Source: Dehalococcoidia bacterium
GTDB taxonomy: Bacteria; Chloroflexota; Dehalococcoidia; Lucifugimonadales; JADFKI01
DNA: 64,000 bases
Direction of reading: 5' to 3'
Assembly: GCA_965214635.1 (NCBI GenBank)
Contig: OZ243964.1
Location: 1,299,696 to 1,363,695, forward strand
Under the pieces are notes generated by a model that was given only the letters and a program-made list of their open reading frames with translations, made no database searches and was not told the DNA's origin. Each line of letters begins with the position of its first letter. The stretch's first letter is position 1. Below, in pieces: positions 1 through 9,288 of the stretch. A program made the position numbers and the translations under genes.

Positions 1-29
1 TTGCGCCGAGCAGAACGAAGTGGAAGAGG

Positions 30-236
30 GTGCCATTCACGAGATCGCAGCGCACTGCCATAAAAGACAGGCTGTACGCAGAGCAGCGCGGGAAATGCGT
101 GCTGTGCAGCCGCCGGTTCCCAAAGGACATTTTCGAGATAGACCACATAATGCCCGTGGCGCGCGGTGGCGGCAACGACATCCGCAACCTGCAGATCTTG
201 TGTCCCCCATGCAACAGGCGCAAAGGGGCACGCTAG
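30..236 (+). CDS. small HNH endonuclease (beta-beta-alpha-Me zinc-finger nuclease)
   Basis: 68-aa ORF with a CxxC...DH...N...CxxC pattern: KCVLCSRRF, FEIDHIMPVARGG, NDIRNLQILCPPCNRRKG. The frame is open back to the window edge, so the true N-terminus may lie upstream. GTG at 30 is only the first start in the track. Confidence 0.75.
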   Translation: MPFTRSQRTAIKDRLYAEQRGKCVLCSRRFPKDIFEIDHIMPVARGGGNDIRNLQILCPPCNRRKGAR

Positions 237-279
237 CCGTTATCGCCCAGTTATGCCAGTTATAAGAGGCGCTTACTCT

Positions 280-846
280 ATGGCAAACAGGAAGGCAGAC
301 AGGAACGAACAGACGCACGGCGAGCCGATGCCGTCAAGTTTCGATGACATCGTGATGGAAAACTCGGACTTCGTGTACAATGTGGCGTACAAGATGATGG
401 GCAACGCACACGATGCCGAAGAGGTGGCGCAGGATGCGTTCTTGTCGGCGTACCGCTCTTACGGGCGCTTTCGCGGGGAGTCACGGGTTACCACTTGGCT
501 GTACCGCATCACCGTGAACGCCGCGCTGATGCGCCTGCGCCGTGAAAAGCGCACACGCGCGCTCAATCGGGTGGGCGTGGAGAACCTCGAAGTGCCGAGC
601 TGGATGGATGAGCCTGAATCGTCTGCGTTGCGATCCGAACTCGGTGAGAAGATACAAGAGGGCATCTCCCAACTGCAACCTGAACTGCGCGCCGCCGTCG
701 TGCTGCGGGATGTGTCGGGGCTGTCCAACGCCGAAGCCGCCGAAGCGCTGGACATCACAGTGTCGTCGCTAAAATCCCGCTTGCACCGCGGGCGTGTTTT
801 GCTCCGCCAATACCTCGCTGAGTACGCCCCAAAGTCGACAAAGTAA
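280..846 (+). CDS. ECF-type RNA polymerase sigma-70 family factor
   Basis: Track ORF 166..846 trimmed to ATG 280 (MANRKADRN...). Region 2: DAEEVAQDAFLSAYRSYGRF...WLYRITVNAALMRLRR. Region 4 HTH: LSNAEAAEALDITVSSLKSRLHRGR. Confidence 0.85.
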   Translation: MANRKADRNEQTHGEPMPSSFDDIVMENSDFVYNVAYKMMGNAHDAEEVAQDAFLSAYRSYGRFRGESRVTTWLYRITVNAALMRLRREKRTRALNRVGVENLEVPSWMDEPESSALRSELGEKIQEGISQLQPELRAAVVLRDVSGLSNAEAAEALDITVSSLKSRLHRGRVLLRQYLAEYAPKSTK

Positions 847-969
847 GGCAAGTGGAGGCTCGCGGGCTGACCGAACTAGAAAATTGTGATTGCGGCGTAT
901 AGCGATGTAGGATAAACTTGCCTGCGGGCAGAACGATGCGGCAATATTAGCGCAAAGGGGACAGGCGCT

Positions 970-1503
970 ATGGCGAATGTGGTGCTGGTAACAGATATGC
1001 TGGTTGGCTTCCTTGTGGATGGCAACAACCTCTATTGCGGCGATGCGGCGCGCGAAATCATCCCCCGCGTGCGGCGGCTCATCGAGGCCGAACAGGCGCG
1101 TGGCTCGAGCGTAATCTTCATCTGCGACACGCACGACCCCGACGACTTGGAGTTCGAGATGTTCCCCGTACACTGTGTGCGCGGCACTGAAGAAGCCGAG
1201 CTTATCCCGGAGCTGCGCGGCTATGATGGGATACGCTTGCCGAAACGCCGTTACAGCGCATTCTTCGACACCACGCTCGAAGCCACGCTCGCTGAACTTT
1301 CGCCGGACAAGCTCATCATCTGCGGCGTATGCACCGACATCTGCGTGCTGCACACCGCCGCCGACGCCCGCAACCGCGACTACAAGGTGGACATTCCCAC
1401 CGACTGCGTGGCATCGTTTGACCCGCAGGCGCATGACAACGCCCTAGCGCATATGGAGAAGATACTAGGCGCAACGCTAGTGCCCGCCACTGCCACGACA
1501 TAA
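970..1503 (+). CDS. pncA: nicotinamidase (isochorismatase-fold cysteine hydrolase)
   Basis: 177 aa. Blocks match Bacillus-type PncA as I recall it: FPVHCVRGTEE, KRRYSAFFDT, catalytic-Cys motif GVCTDICVLHTAADA, CVASFDPQAHDNAL. A nicotinate PRTase-family gene follows. Confidence 0.8.
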   Translation: MANVVLVTDMLVGFLVDGNNLYCGDAAREIIPRVRRLIEAEQARGSSVIFICDTHDPDDLEFEMFPVHCVRGTEEAELIPELRGYDGIRLPKRRYSAFFDTTLEATLAELSPDKLIICGVCTDICVLHTAADARNRDYKVDIPTDCVASFDPQAHDNALAHMEKILGATLVPATATT

Positions 1504-1640
1504 TGCCACCCGATTTGCGAACTTCCACACACCCGCTCGGCGGAGGCTGAACGGTCTTGTTGCCGTAAGATGCTGCTGACGGCACGCCAATTCCTTTCCA
1601 TATATGCCGCATATACCGCAAACTATGGTTGACTGAACCT

Positions 1641-2651
1641 ATGACTACGCCAATTCTCGCCCCCGAGTTTGAAGTTCGCCCATCCATGCTGGTGGGCGAC
1701 CGCGCCGATGTGCAGTCACAGCGCATCCTGACTATCTTGCGTAACGAAGGGATGAACCCCTTTGTGACCATCGACTTTTCGGCGGTGCGCGGCGGACTGC
1801 TGTGCGGGATAAGCGAGATGCGGCGGCTGCTGGAGAAGGTGCTGCCCGATACCGGCACCGAAGTGTGGGCATACGGAGACGGTCAAGTCATATCTGCCGG
1901 CGATGTGGCGCTGCGAATCAAAGCCCCGTACAGCACATTCGGCTTGTACGAGGGGACGATATGCGGCACGCTGGCAGCGTGTAGTGGCTGGGCGACGGCG
2001 GCGCGCGAGTGTGTGGATGCAGCGGGAAACGCCATCGTGTTGGCGGCGCCTGTGCCCTACGCCCATCCGGAAGTGGTGCCGCTCATAGAGTACGCCGCTG
2101 TGGTGGGCGGCTGCGTATCGGCATCCACAACGCGCGGCGGACGCCTCGCCAGCGTTACCCCCGCGGGGTATATGCCGCACACGCTCCCGATGCTGATGGG
2201 CGACACCGTGCGCGCGCTTCAATCCTACGACCGCCATATGGCACGCGAAATCCCGCGCGTGGTCATCATAGACACATTCAAGGACGAGGCAGAGGAAGCA
2301 GTGAATGTGGCGCGCGCGCTGCAAGACAGGCTGCGCGGCGTGAACATCAGCACCCCCCCAGAGCGCGGCGGCGTTACGCCCGAGCTGGTCAAGGAGGTGC
2401 GCGCGCATCTAGATTTGCATGGCTTCCAGCATGTGGACATCTATGTAACGCACGGGATGACGCGCAAGAAGATACAGCGGTTCACTGATGCAAATGCGCC
2501 TGTGAATGGGTTCAGCATCGGGGAGGCGCTGGTGAACGCTCCACCGATAGCGTTCAACGCCGACATACAAGAGGTTGACGGCAGACCAGTTGCACGGCGT
2601 GGGCGCACCCCCGGCGCCCCAGCCGCCCCCCGCTTAGACCGCGTCCTGTAA
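1641..2651 (+). CDS. nicotinate phosphoribosyltransferase family protein (type II PRTase, archaeal-like short form)
   Basis: Track ORF 1629..2651 (TTG); ATG at 1641. General type II PRTase barrel pattern (IIDTFKDEAEEA, GVNISTPPERGG, HVDIYVTHGM). Lies directly downstream of pncA. Family call from memory of archaeal NAPRTase-like proteins. Confidence 0.65.
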   Translation: MTTPILAPEFEVRPSMLVGDRADVQSQRILTILRNEGMNPFVTIDFSAVRGGLLCGISEMRRLLEKVLPDTGTEVWAYGDGQVISAGDVALRIKAPYSTFGLYEGTICGTLAACSGWATAARECVDAAGNAIVLAAPVPYAHPEVVPLIEYAAVVGGCVSASTTRGGRLASVTPAGYMPHTLPMLMGDTVRALQSYDRHMAREIPRVVIIDTFKDEAEEAVNVARALQDRLRGVNISTPPERGGVTPELVKEVRAHLDLHGFQHVDIYVTHGMTRKKIQRFTDANAPVNGFSIGEALVNAPPIAFNADIQEVDGRPVARRGRTPGAPAAPRLDRVL

Positions 2652-2740
2652 GACGCCGCCGCCCTGCCTGCCTTAGACGGACTAGGTAATATGCGTCCCC
2701 GTGCTGGCGGCAAGCCCTCTATATTGGGTATTTTCTATAC

Positions 2741-4243
2741 TCAATGTCGCTTAAAGCGTATCCGCAGCAGCCGTTTCGTGGCAGGGGTGATGCGCGCCCA
2801 GTGCGCTATGCGCCATCCCGCCACGCAGGCGATACCGCGCCCGCTTTCCAGCAGCGGTGTTCCGTTTCGCCATTCGCGCGGAATGCGTTCGTCCGACATG
2901 AAGGCTTTCAGCTTCTTGCTGCGGCTCATGCCAAGCGGCTGAAACCTGTCGCCCGGCAGCCGACCTCGCACCCACAGCGCCTTGTCGGTGTCGTCGGCGT
3001 TCCAGAGGGAGTCGTAGTCGAGCACCTCGCTCATTGCGAGCGGAGCGTTATAGGCAGCGTGTCCGCGCGCTATCGCCTTTTCTGCTGGCAGCGTGTCCGC
3101 ATTGGCGGCATCGTGGATGCTCGCGCTTACCAGCCAGACGCCGACCCGTGTTTCGCTGGGGATCTCTATGTGGTGCTTACCGCATAGAGCGGGCAGGGGC
3201 GATTGCGCCGCACCTGCGTCCGCAAGTCTAACCTGCGCCGTGTCGTATCCCACGCTGAACACCACACCGCCGGGCATGTTCAGCATCTTGCCTGCGCCGC
3301 CGTCCAACAGGCGCAGCATGCCCTGCAAGTGCGCCTGCGTGATGTCTTGCCTATCGCCCTTGACGGCTTGGATGGCGTACAGCAGCAAGCGGCTGCGGAT
3401 GGCAGGATGGCAGCGTCGAACGCCGGGTATGTCCAGCGTGACGGCGTCGCTGTGTACGCTTGCGACATGCTCCCACGCCAATGCCGCCTGCTCTTGGATG
3501 TATGCATCGTCTTCGTCGGCTCTGTGGGACAGGCGCACGAGCGCATCGCGCACGGATGGGTTGAACTGCTCCATCAGTGGCAGCAGCTCCAAGCGGATGC
3601 GGTTGCGCGTGTAGTGCGGGGACAGGTTGGACTCATCCTCGCGGGGCTGCAAGCCGTGCAGGGCGCAATATGCCTCTGTGTCAGCGCGGCTCACACCCAG
3701 CAGCGGACGAAACAGCGTTACGCGGGCTTGCCCGATGCGCTGTTCGGACAGTTGCCGCATAGCGCGCAAGCCTGCAAGCCCGCTGCCGCGTATGATGCGC
3801 ATAAGCGCGGTTTCGGCTTGGTCGTCGGATGTGTGCCCGAGCACGATGGCGTTCGCGCCATACAGGGCTGCGGTATCCGCTAGAAAGGCGTATCGTACGC
3901 GCCGCGCCGCATCCTCTGGGGACAGCCGTCGCTCCCAGCGATACGCCGCCGCATCCGCTTCGCCTAGGGCGCACTCTATGCCAAGTCGGGCGCACTCCGC
4001 CGCAACGAATTTGGCATCAGCGTTCGCCGCATCGCCGCGCAGCTTGTGGTTCAGGTGCGCCGCCGTTATTCGCAGGCTGAACGCCGAGCGCAGTGAGCAT
4101 AGGGCGTGTACCAGCGCCAGCGAATCTGTGCCGCCGCTCACCGCTGCGAGCAAAGTCTTGCCTTGCATGCGGTGCGCTTTTAGGGCTTCGGCGAGGCGAT
4201 GTTCCAGCATCGGGCGGGCTATCAGGCTATCGGAGCAGGGCAT
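2741..4243 (-). CDS. tilS: tRNA(Ile)-lysidine synthetase
   Basis: 500 aa. PP-loop LLAAVSGGTDSLALVHAL (SGGxDS), downstream HLNHKLRG, and a C-terminal TilS substrate domain. 17-nt overlap with the downstream CNNM gene. Confidence 0.9.
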   Translation of the reverse strand: MPCSDSLIARPMLEHRLAEALKAHRMQGKTLLAAVSGGTDSLALVHALCSLRSAFSLRITAAHLNHKLRGDAANADAKFVAAECARLGIECALGEADAAAYRWERRLSPEDAARRVRYAFLADTAALYGANAIVLGHTSDDQAETALMRIIRGSGLAGLRAMRQLSEQRIGQARVTLFRPLLGVSRADTEAYCALHGLQPREDESNLSPHYTRNRIRLELLPLMEQFNPSVRDALVRLSHRADEDDAYIQEQAALAWEHVASVHSDAVTLDIPGVRRCHPAIRSRLLLYAIQAVKGDRQDITQAHLQGMLRLLDGGAGKMLNMPGGVVFSVGYDTAQVRLADAGAAQSPLPALCGKHHIEIPSETRVGVWLVSASIHDAANADTLPAEKAIARGHAAYNAPLAMSEVLDYDSLWNADDTDKALWVRGRLPGDRFQPLGMSRSKKLKAFMSDERIPREWRNGTPLLESGRGIACVAGWRIAHWARITPATKRLLRIRFKRH

Positions 4244-5534
4244 CGGCGTTGGCGTCGTTCTCCGTCGCCTGCGCCCGGAAGACCTTTAGCGTCTCAATCT
4301 TCAGCGCCCTCATTTCGACGACCTCTATCTTGAGGTTCTCGTGCTCCAGCGTTTCGCCCTCTTCGGGGATATGCCCGAGCCTGTCGAGGACAAAGCCCGC
4401 CAGCGTGTCGAAATCGCCATCCGGCAGGTTGATGCCAAGCTCTTCGTTCGCCTCGTCTATGCTCATCCCGGCTTCTACTTGATAGGTGTTTTCGCCTAGG
4501 CTTTCGTACTCCTCCTCAGGAGCTTCGCCCTCTTCGCCATGCGCGCCCACGACCTCCTCCGACAGCCGCTTGAGCGTAACGATGCCGGCAAGCCCGCCGT
4601 ATTCGTCCACGATGATTGCCATCTGGTGGCCGTCGCTTCGCATCTCTTTGAATAGCTCCGCGGTGCGCTTGGTCTCCGGCACGAACATCACACTGCGGAC
4701 AACATCGGTTACATTGTCGTCGTAGGATATGCCGTTGACAGCCATAGACTTCAGCACATCTTTGGCGGACAGGATGCCGACGATGTCTTCGTCATGGTCT
4801 TTGTACACAGGAAAGCGCGTGTGCGAGTGCTCGCAATACACTTTGAGGAACTCGGCGAGCGTGGCGTTGCGGCGGATGCCCACGATTTCGGGGCGCGGCG
4901 TCATCACCTCGCGCACCTGACGGTCGCCGAAGCGGAACACATTTTGCAGCAGCTCGGCTTCGGACGGCTCGAATGTGCCCTCTGCCTCGCCGATGTCGAT
5001 GAGCGTTAGCAGCTCGCTTTCGGTGATGGAGTCGCGGTTGTTGGGGCTGACTCCGAGCATCCGCGTAGTGCCGTTGGTGATGCTTTGCAGGATGAACACG
5101 ATGGGCCACATCAGCTTTTCGATGAGCAGCAGCGGCCCTGCGTACCAGAAGGTTACGCGCTCTGAGCGGTGGACTGCGATGGTCTTGGGGATGATTTCGC
5201 CGAAGATGAGCAGCAGCACAGTTCCGACGACTGTGGCGACGACTGTGGCGATGGCTTCGTTCTCTTCGCCGAGCAGGTGCAGCGACGCGATGGTTATGAG
5301 CGCGGTGAAGGCGACATTGACGAGGTTGTTGCCCAGCAGGATGGTGGACAGCAGGCGCTCGGGCTTTTCCAGCATTGCTGCTACGCGTCGGGCGCCGGGG
5401 GTGTTGGTGCTGACCAGATGTGCTAGCCGCACGCGCTCGAGGGCGAGGAACGCCGCCTCAGATGAGGAAAAGAACGCCGATAACAGGATGCAGATGCCAA
5501 TGAGGATGAAGCTGAATAACTGTCCGTCCGCCAT
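4227..5534 (-). CDS. CNNM/CorC-family hemolysin-like membrane protein (DUF21 + tandem CBS + CorC_HlyC)
   Basis: 435 aa. N-terminal TM region with FFSSSEAAFLAL, central CBS pair (REVMTPRPEIV..., ILSAKDVLK) and a C-terminal transporter-associated domain. Confidence 0.85.
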   Translation of the reverse strand: MADGQLFSFILIGICILLSAFFSSSEAAFLALERVRLAHLVSTNTPGARRVAAMLEKPERLLSTILLGNNLVNVAFTALITIASLHLLGEENEAIATVVATVVGTVLLLIFGEIIPKTIAVHRSERVTFWYAGPLLLIEKLMWPIVFILQSITNGTTRMLGVSPNNRDSITESELLTLIDIGEAEGTFEPSEAELLQNVFRFGDRQVREVMTPRPEIVGIRRNATLAEFLKVYCEHSHTRFPVYKDHDEDIVGILSAKDVLKSMAVNGISYDDNVTDVVRSVMFVPETKRTAELFKEMRSDGHQMAIIVDEYGGLAGIVTLKRLSEEVVGAHGEEGEAPEEEYESLGENTYQVEAGMSIDEANEELGINLPDGDFDTLAGFVLDRLGHIPEEGETLEHENLKIEVVEMRALKIETLKVFRAQATENDANADALLR

Positions 5535-5558
5535 GGTTTGTACCTCCAGCGCGCGGCG

Positions 5559-6137
5559 TTAGGGGTGAGCGTGACGCCGCTGTGCCTCGGGGTGTGTGGC
5601 GGCGTCGGTTGCGGGTGGGGCGTCATCGGCGTAGCCTTGCCCGTCCACAGCGGCGTCGGCAGTGGAGGTGGGGCGGCTGCGCCATAGTTCGGAGATGATA
5701 CGACGGCTTGTGGATGCGCCGAAACCCCGACGGCGCATATAGCCGAACAGCCGCCGTGTGAAAGTGTCATGGTCGGTGTTTGCGAGGCGGCGTGCATATG
5801 CGGCGGCGGCGCGGCGGGCGTTTTCTTCGTCGTCGAAGTCGCTGAGAGCAGCGTCAGCGATATGCGATGCGATGCCCTTGTTTAGCAGCTCGCGCTTGAT
5901 CATCCAAGCGCTGCGGGGCTTGCTGTTTTGGCGGCTGTGCACCCATAGTTCGGCGAAAGTGGCATCGTCTATGAGGCGGTCGGCGGCGAGCCGTCGGATT
6001 ACGCCATCAACCACATCCGGAGGATAGTCGCGGCGCAAGCGCATCCTGACCTCTGATTCGGTTCTAGGTCTGCGCGACAAGTATCTTATGGCGACGGCGC
6101 TTGCGCGCCTGCTCTGCTCGCTCTCTTCTTCTATCAT
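5559..6137 (-). CDS. recX: recombination regulator RecX
   Basis: 192 aa. Helical-repeat pattern AIRYLSRRPRTESEVRMRLRR...VIRRLAADRLIDDATFAELWV is typical of RecX. No recA upstream in the window. Confidence 0.8.
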   Translation of the reverse strand: MIEEESEQSRRASAVAIRYLSRRPRTESEVRMRLRRDYPPDVVDGVIRRLAADRLIDDATFAELWVHSRQNSKPRSAWMIKRELLNKGIASHIADAALSDFDDEENARRAAAAYARRLANTDHDTFTRRLFGYMRRRGFGASTSRRIISELWRSRPTSTADAAVDGQGYADDAPPATDAATHPEAQRRHAHP

Positions 6138-6518
6138 GTCAGGCTATTGGAAGTGTTGGGAACTCCCGTACGCTGCTGCTCGTGAGGTGTGTCTGCCAGT
6201 TCTCGCATGTTAGCGGGGTAGGTTAGCAAGGTAGACCGAGTGTGCGAGCATGCGGCGCGGCAACTATGGGTTGCGTCTCCAAATCATCGCGGAATGGCGT
6301 AATGTATTCTCCCACCCGTCAGGCATTAGTTTAGCAGGGGATGGCATATCCGTAAAGCGCAGGGCGGGTCTGTGCAGGGCGTTTCTGCTAAACAAAGCCT
6401 GCGTAGTTGCGAGAGCATCGGCAGGCTGTGCACAGCCTGTACAGCGCACATTTATGCCACCCTTCCTGTCAACATTGCAGGCTGTTTCGCGATAGCATAC
6501 ACTATCCGCATATCCGTT

Positions 6519-6536
6519 TTGTGTATTTGAACACAA
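6519..6536. promoter_or_regulatory. candidate operator: TTGTGT-N6-ACACAA palindrome upstream of the CoA-transferase gene
   Basis: TTGTGTATTTGAACACAA read directly. 6-bp arms with a 6-bp spacer (geometry like CRP/FNR-type sites), in an AT-richer stretch about 66 nt upstream of ATG 6602. Function not demonstrated. Confidence 0.25.
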
Positions 6537-6601
6537 TCATAATGACGATTTTAGTTTAATCACTACCCCGCCTAACATTGCGCGAGCATAGAAAATCGAG
6601 C

Positions 6602-7843
6602 ATGGAGAAGTGCGAATTGCAGCAGGACACGAGCCAAGCGGCGCAAGGTGGTGCGCTCGACGATGTGCGCGTGCTGGACTTCACGCACTACATCGCTGGG
6701 CCGTATGCCACCAAGCTGTTGGCGGACTACGGCGCACATGTGCTGAAGGTGGAACGCCCGGACGGCGGGGACGGCGCGCGCCGCATGGGGCCGTTCCCCA
6801 ACGATGAGCCACACCCGGAAAAGAGCGGCATGTTCTTGCATCTCAACACGAACAAGCGCAGCATCACCCTGAACCTGCGCAAGCCCCAAGCCAGAGACAT
6901 CGTGCTGCAGCTCGCGGAGAGCGTGGATGTGGTGGCAGAGAGCTTCCGTCCTGGGGTTATGGCGTCGTTCGGGCTGGGCTACGATGCGCTGCGCTCCGTG
7001 AACCCGAACCTCGTCGTCGTATCGGTGTCCAACTTCGGGCAGACGGGGCCGTACCGAGATTTTCGCGCATCCGACCTGACCCTGTACGGCATGGGAGGCG
7101 AGATGTACTCCACCGGGCTTGAAGATCGTGAGCCGCTGAAGATGGGCGAGAACCTAATCCTGTATCAGGCGGGCGCAATCGCCGCCACCGCCACGATGGG
7201 TGCGCTGTTCGCTGACACGGGGCAGTATGTGGATGTGTCTATCATGGAGACACAGGTCGGCTCGATCGACCGTCGCATGAGCATGCTGCTTGCGTATCAG
7301 TACAATGACGAAATATCCAAGCGCAGCGCAACGGCGACGGCGGGCGGCTACCCGAACGGCGTGTACATATGCCTCGATGGGTATGTGCAAATATCCGGTG
7401 GGCGCAACTACTTCGACCGCGTGGTGGCGATGATGGGGGCGCCCGAGCCGCTGCTGGACGAGCGTTGGCACACGCCCGAGGCGCAGTACAACCCCGAGTT
7501 TGAGGATGAGTTCAACGCCTACTTCATCCCATGGTGCTTGGAGCGCACGAAGCAAGAGGTGTGGGAGACGGCACAGGCGGCAGGCGTGCTCAGCGCGCCC
7601 ATCAACACCACCGAAGACCTAGTTGCCGACGCCAACTTCCGCGCGCGTGGCGCATTCGCAGAGATAGACCATCCTGCTGCGGGCAATCTCTTATACCCGG
7701 GCAGGCCGTTCATAATGAGCGAGTCCCCGTGGCGTGTCCGCCGCCCTGCACCGCTGCTTGGTCAGCACACGGATGAGACGCTGGCTGCACTGGGGCGCAC
7801 GGCTTCGGACATAGCGCAGCTGTGGCGCGACGGCGTGATATGA
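6602..7843 (+). CDS. family III CoA-transferase (CaiB/BaiF)
   Basis: Track ORF 6578..7843 starts at TTG; ATG at 6602 (MEKCELQQ). N-terminal signature VRVLDFTHYIAGPYATKLLADYGAHVLKVERPDGGD. Confidence 0.85.
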   Translation: MEKCELQQDTSQAAQGGALDDVRVLDFTHYIAGPYATKLLADYGAHVLKVERPDGGDGARRMGPFPNDEPHPEKSGMFLHLNTNKRSITLNLRKPQARDIVLQLAESVDVVAESFRPGVMASFGLGYDALRSVNPNLVVVSVSNFGQTGPYRDFRASDLTLYGMGGEMYSTGLEDREPLKMGENLILYQAGAIAATATMGALFADTGQYVDVSIMETQVGSIDRRMSMLLAYQYNDEISKRSATATAGGYPNGVYICLDGYVQISGGRNYFDRVVAMMGAPEPLLDERWHTPEAQYNPEFEDEFNAYFIPWCLERTKQEVWETAQAAGVLSAPINTTEDLVADANFRARGAFAEIDHPAAGNLLYPGRPFIMSESPWRVRRPAPLLGQHTDETLAALGRTASDIAQLWRDGVI

Positions 7844-7914
7844 CCGTTCAGCATATCTATCTACTTATCTACACAGCACCTACACATGGGCTTTGCTAGC
7901 AGGCTTCGTAAAAG

Positions 7915-9219
7915 ATGAAGAAACTCCCGCTTGAAGGCATCCGCATCCTAGACATGACCGTGGTGTGGGCAGGGACTTACTGTGCCACGCTGCTTGCGGA
8001 TATGGGCGCTGAGGTAATCCGGCTGGAATCCATCGTGCGCCTGCCCCCGATTACGCGCGGCTACATGCCCTATCCGCCCAAAGAGGTGATAGAGGGGCTG
8101 CCCGCATTCGTGGCAGGGATGCCCGGCCGTGAGCCGGGACATCGCCCATGGAACCGATACCCCCTGTTCAACGCGCATGGGCGCAACAAGCTTGGCATCA
8201 CAGTGGATCTGTTGCAGCCATCTGGGATGGACATATTCAAGCGGCTTGTGGCGGTCAGCGATGCGTTTGTGGAGAACAATGTAACCGAGACGATGGACAA
8301 GCTGGGCATCTCATATGAGCTGATGCGGGAGGTCAACCCGCGCATCATAATGCTGCGGATGCCAGCGTATGGCAATAGCGGGGCATATCGCAACTACCGC
8401 TCGCTCGGCGTGCATATGGAGGGCGTCATAGGGCATACCATCGTGCGCGGCTATGCGGATATGGACCCGTCGTCCAGCACCAATGTGTTCGCCGCAGACG
8501 CCGCCGGCGGCGCACAGGGCGCGTTCGCTATGCTCGCAGCCCTGCGATACCGCAGGCGCACCGGCAAGGGACAGCTCATAGAGTTGGCGCAGGCAGAGAA
8601 CATGATGTCTTACACGGGGCGCTTTTTCATGGACTATGCGATGAATGGGCGCACCGCACGCACGCTCGGCAACCGCCACACATCCGCAGTGCAAGGCTGC
8701 TACCCCTGTGCTGGCGACGACCGCTGGGTGAACATCACGCTGAACGACGATGCGGATTGGCAGGCGTTCTGTGCCGCCATCGGCAGCCCCTGCTGGTGCG
8801 ACGATGCCCGCTTCGCCACGCATTCCAGCCGCCGCAAGCATCAAGACGCCCTGGATGCGCTCATCGCCGGCTGGACACGCACGCTGGATAACTACGAGGT
8901 GATGCGCCTGCTGCAAGCGGCGGGCGTGGCGGCAGGCACTGTGATGGACCAGCGCGACGCATTCGCAGACCCGCATCTGCAAGAGCGCGACATCTTCGAG
9001 AGCGTGTATCACGAGGATGTGGGCGGCGAGCATCTGTATGTGGGTGCGCCGTACAAGATGTCCGAGACGCCGATACGCATCCGCAGCGGCCCAGTGCGGC
9101 TGGGTGCGGATAACGAGTATGTGTACAAGCAGATCCTTGGTGTCAGCGACGACGAGTACGCCGAGCTTGAGGCTGCGGGACACATCGGGATGGACTTCCC
9201 CGACCGCCCCGTCGCATAA
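7915..9219 (+). CDS. family III CoA-transferase (CaiB/BaiF), tandem paralog
   Basis: 434 aa. IRILDMTVVWAGTYCATLLADMGAEVIRLE, followed by family III core blocks. Confidence 0.85.
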   Translation: MKKLPLEGIRILDMTVVWAGTYCATLLADMGAEVIRLESIVRLPPITRGYMPYPPKEVIEGLPAFVAGMPGREPGHRPWNRYPLFNAHGRNKLGITVDLLQPSGMDIFKRLVAVSDAFVENNVTETMDKLGISYELMREVNPRIIMLRMPAYGNSGAYRNYRSLGVHMEGVIGHTIVRGYADMDPSSSTNVFAADAAGGAQGAFAMLAALRYRRRTGKGQLIELAQAENMMSYTGRFFMDYAMNGRTARTLGNRHTSAVQGCYPCAGDDRWVNITLNDDADWQAFCAAIGSPCWCDDARFATHSSRRKHQDALDALIAGWTRTLDNYEVMRLLQAAGVAAGTVMDQRDAFADPHLQERDIFESVYHEDVGGEHLYVGAPYKMSETPIRIRSGPVRLGADNEYVYKQILGVSDDEYAELEAAGHIGMDFPDRPVA

Positions 9220-9288
9220 ATCGACGGGGTGAGTAGGTCGGGGGTGTGTCAGCATTACGGCTTACTCTGCTGATGCTTTCCCACTAGT

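Noticed and set aside
166-279. N-terminal extension of the ECF sigma ORF (MAATTSATCRSC...) overlapping the HNH gene.
   Set aside because: The extension overlaps the HNH CDS in another frame and has no sigma-factor similarity. ATG 280 gives a normal ECF length.
6160-6171. GAAC-TCCC-GTAC, a Cheo/LexA-box-like site (GAAC-N4-GTTC with one mismatch), 23-34 nt upstream of recX.
   Set aside because: With one mismatch allowed, such 8-position patterns are expected dozens of times per 64 kb. The LexA motif of this lineage is unknown to me, so this is not sufficient evidence.
6250-6495. 81-aa ORF (plus strand) and a 90-aa ORF (minus strand) in the recX / CoA-transferase intergenic region.
   Set aside because: No RBS, no recognisable motif, and they overlap the palindromes. 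More likely non-coding.
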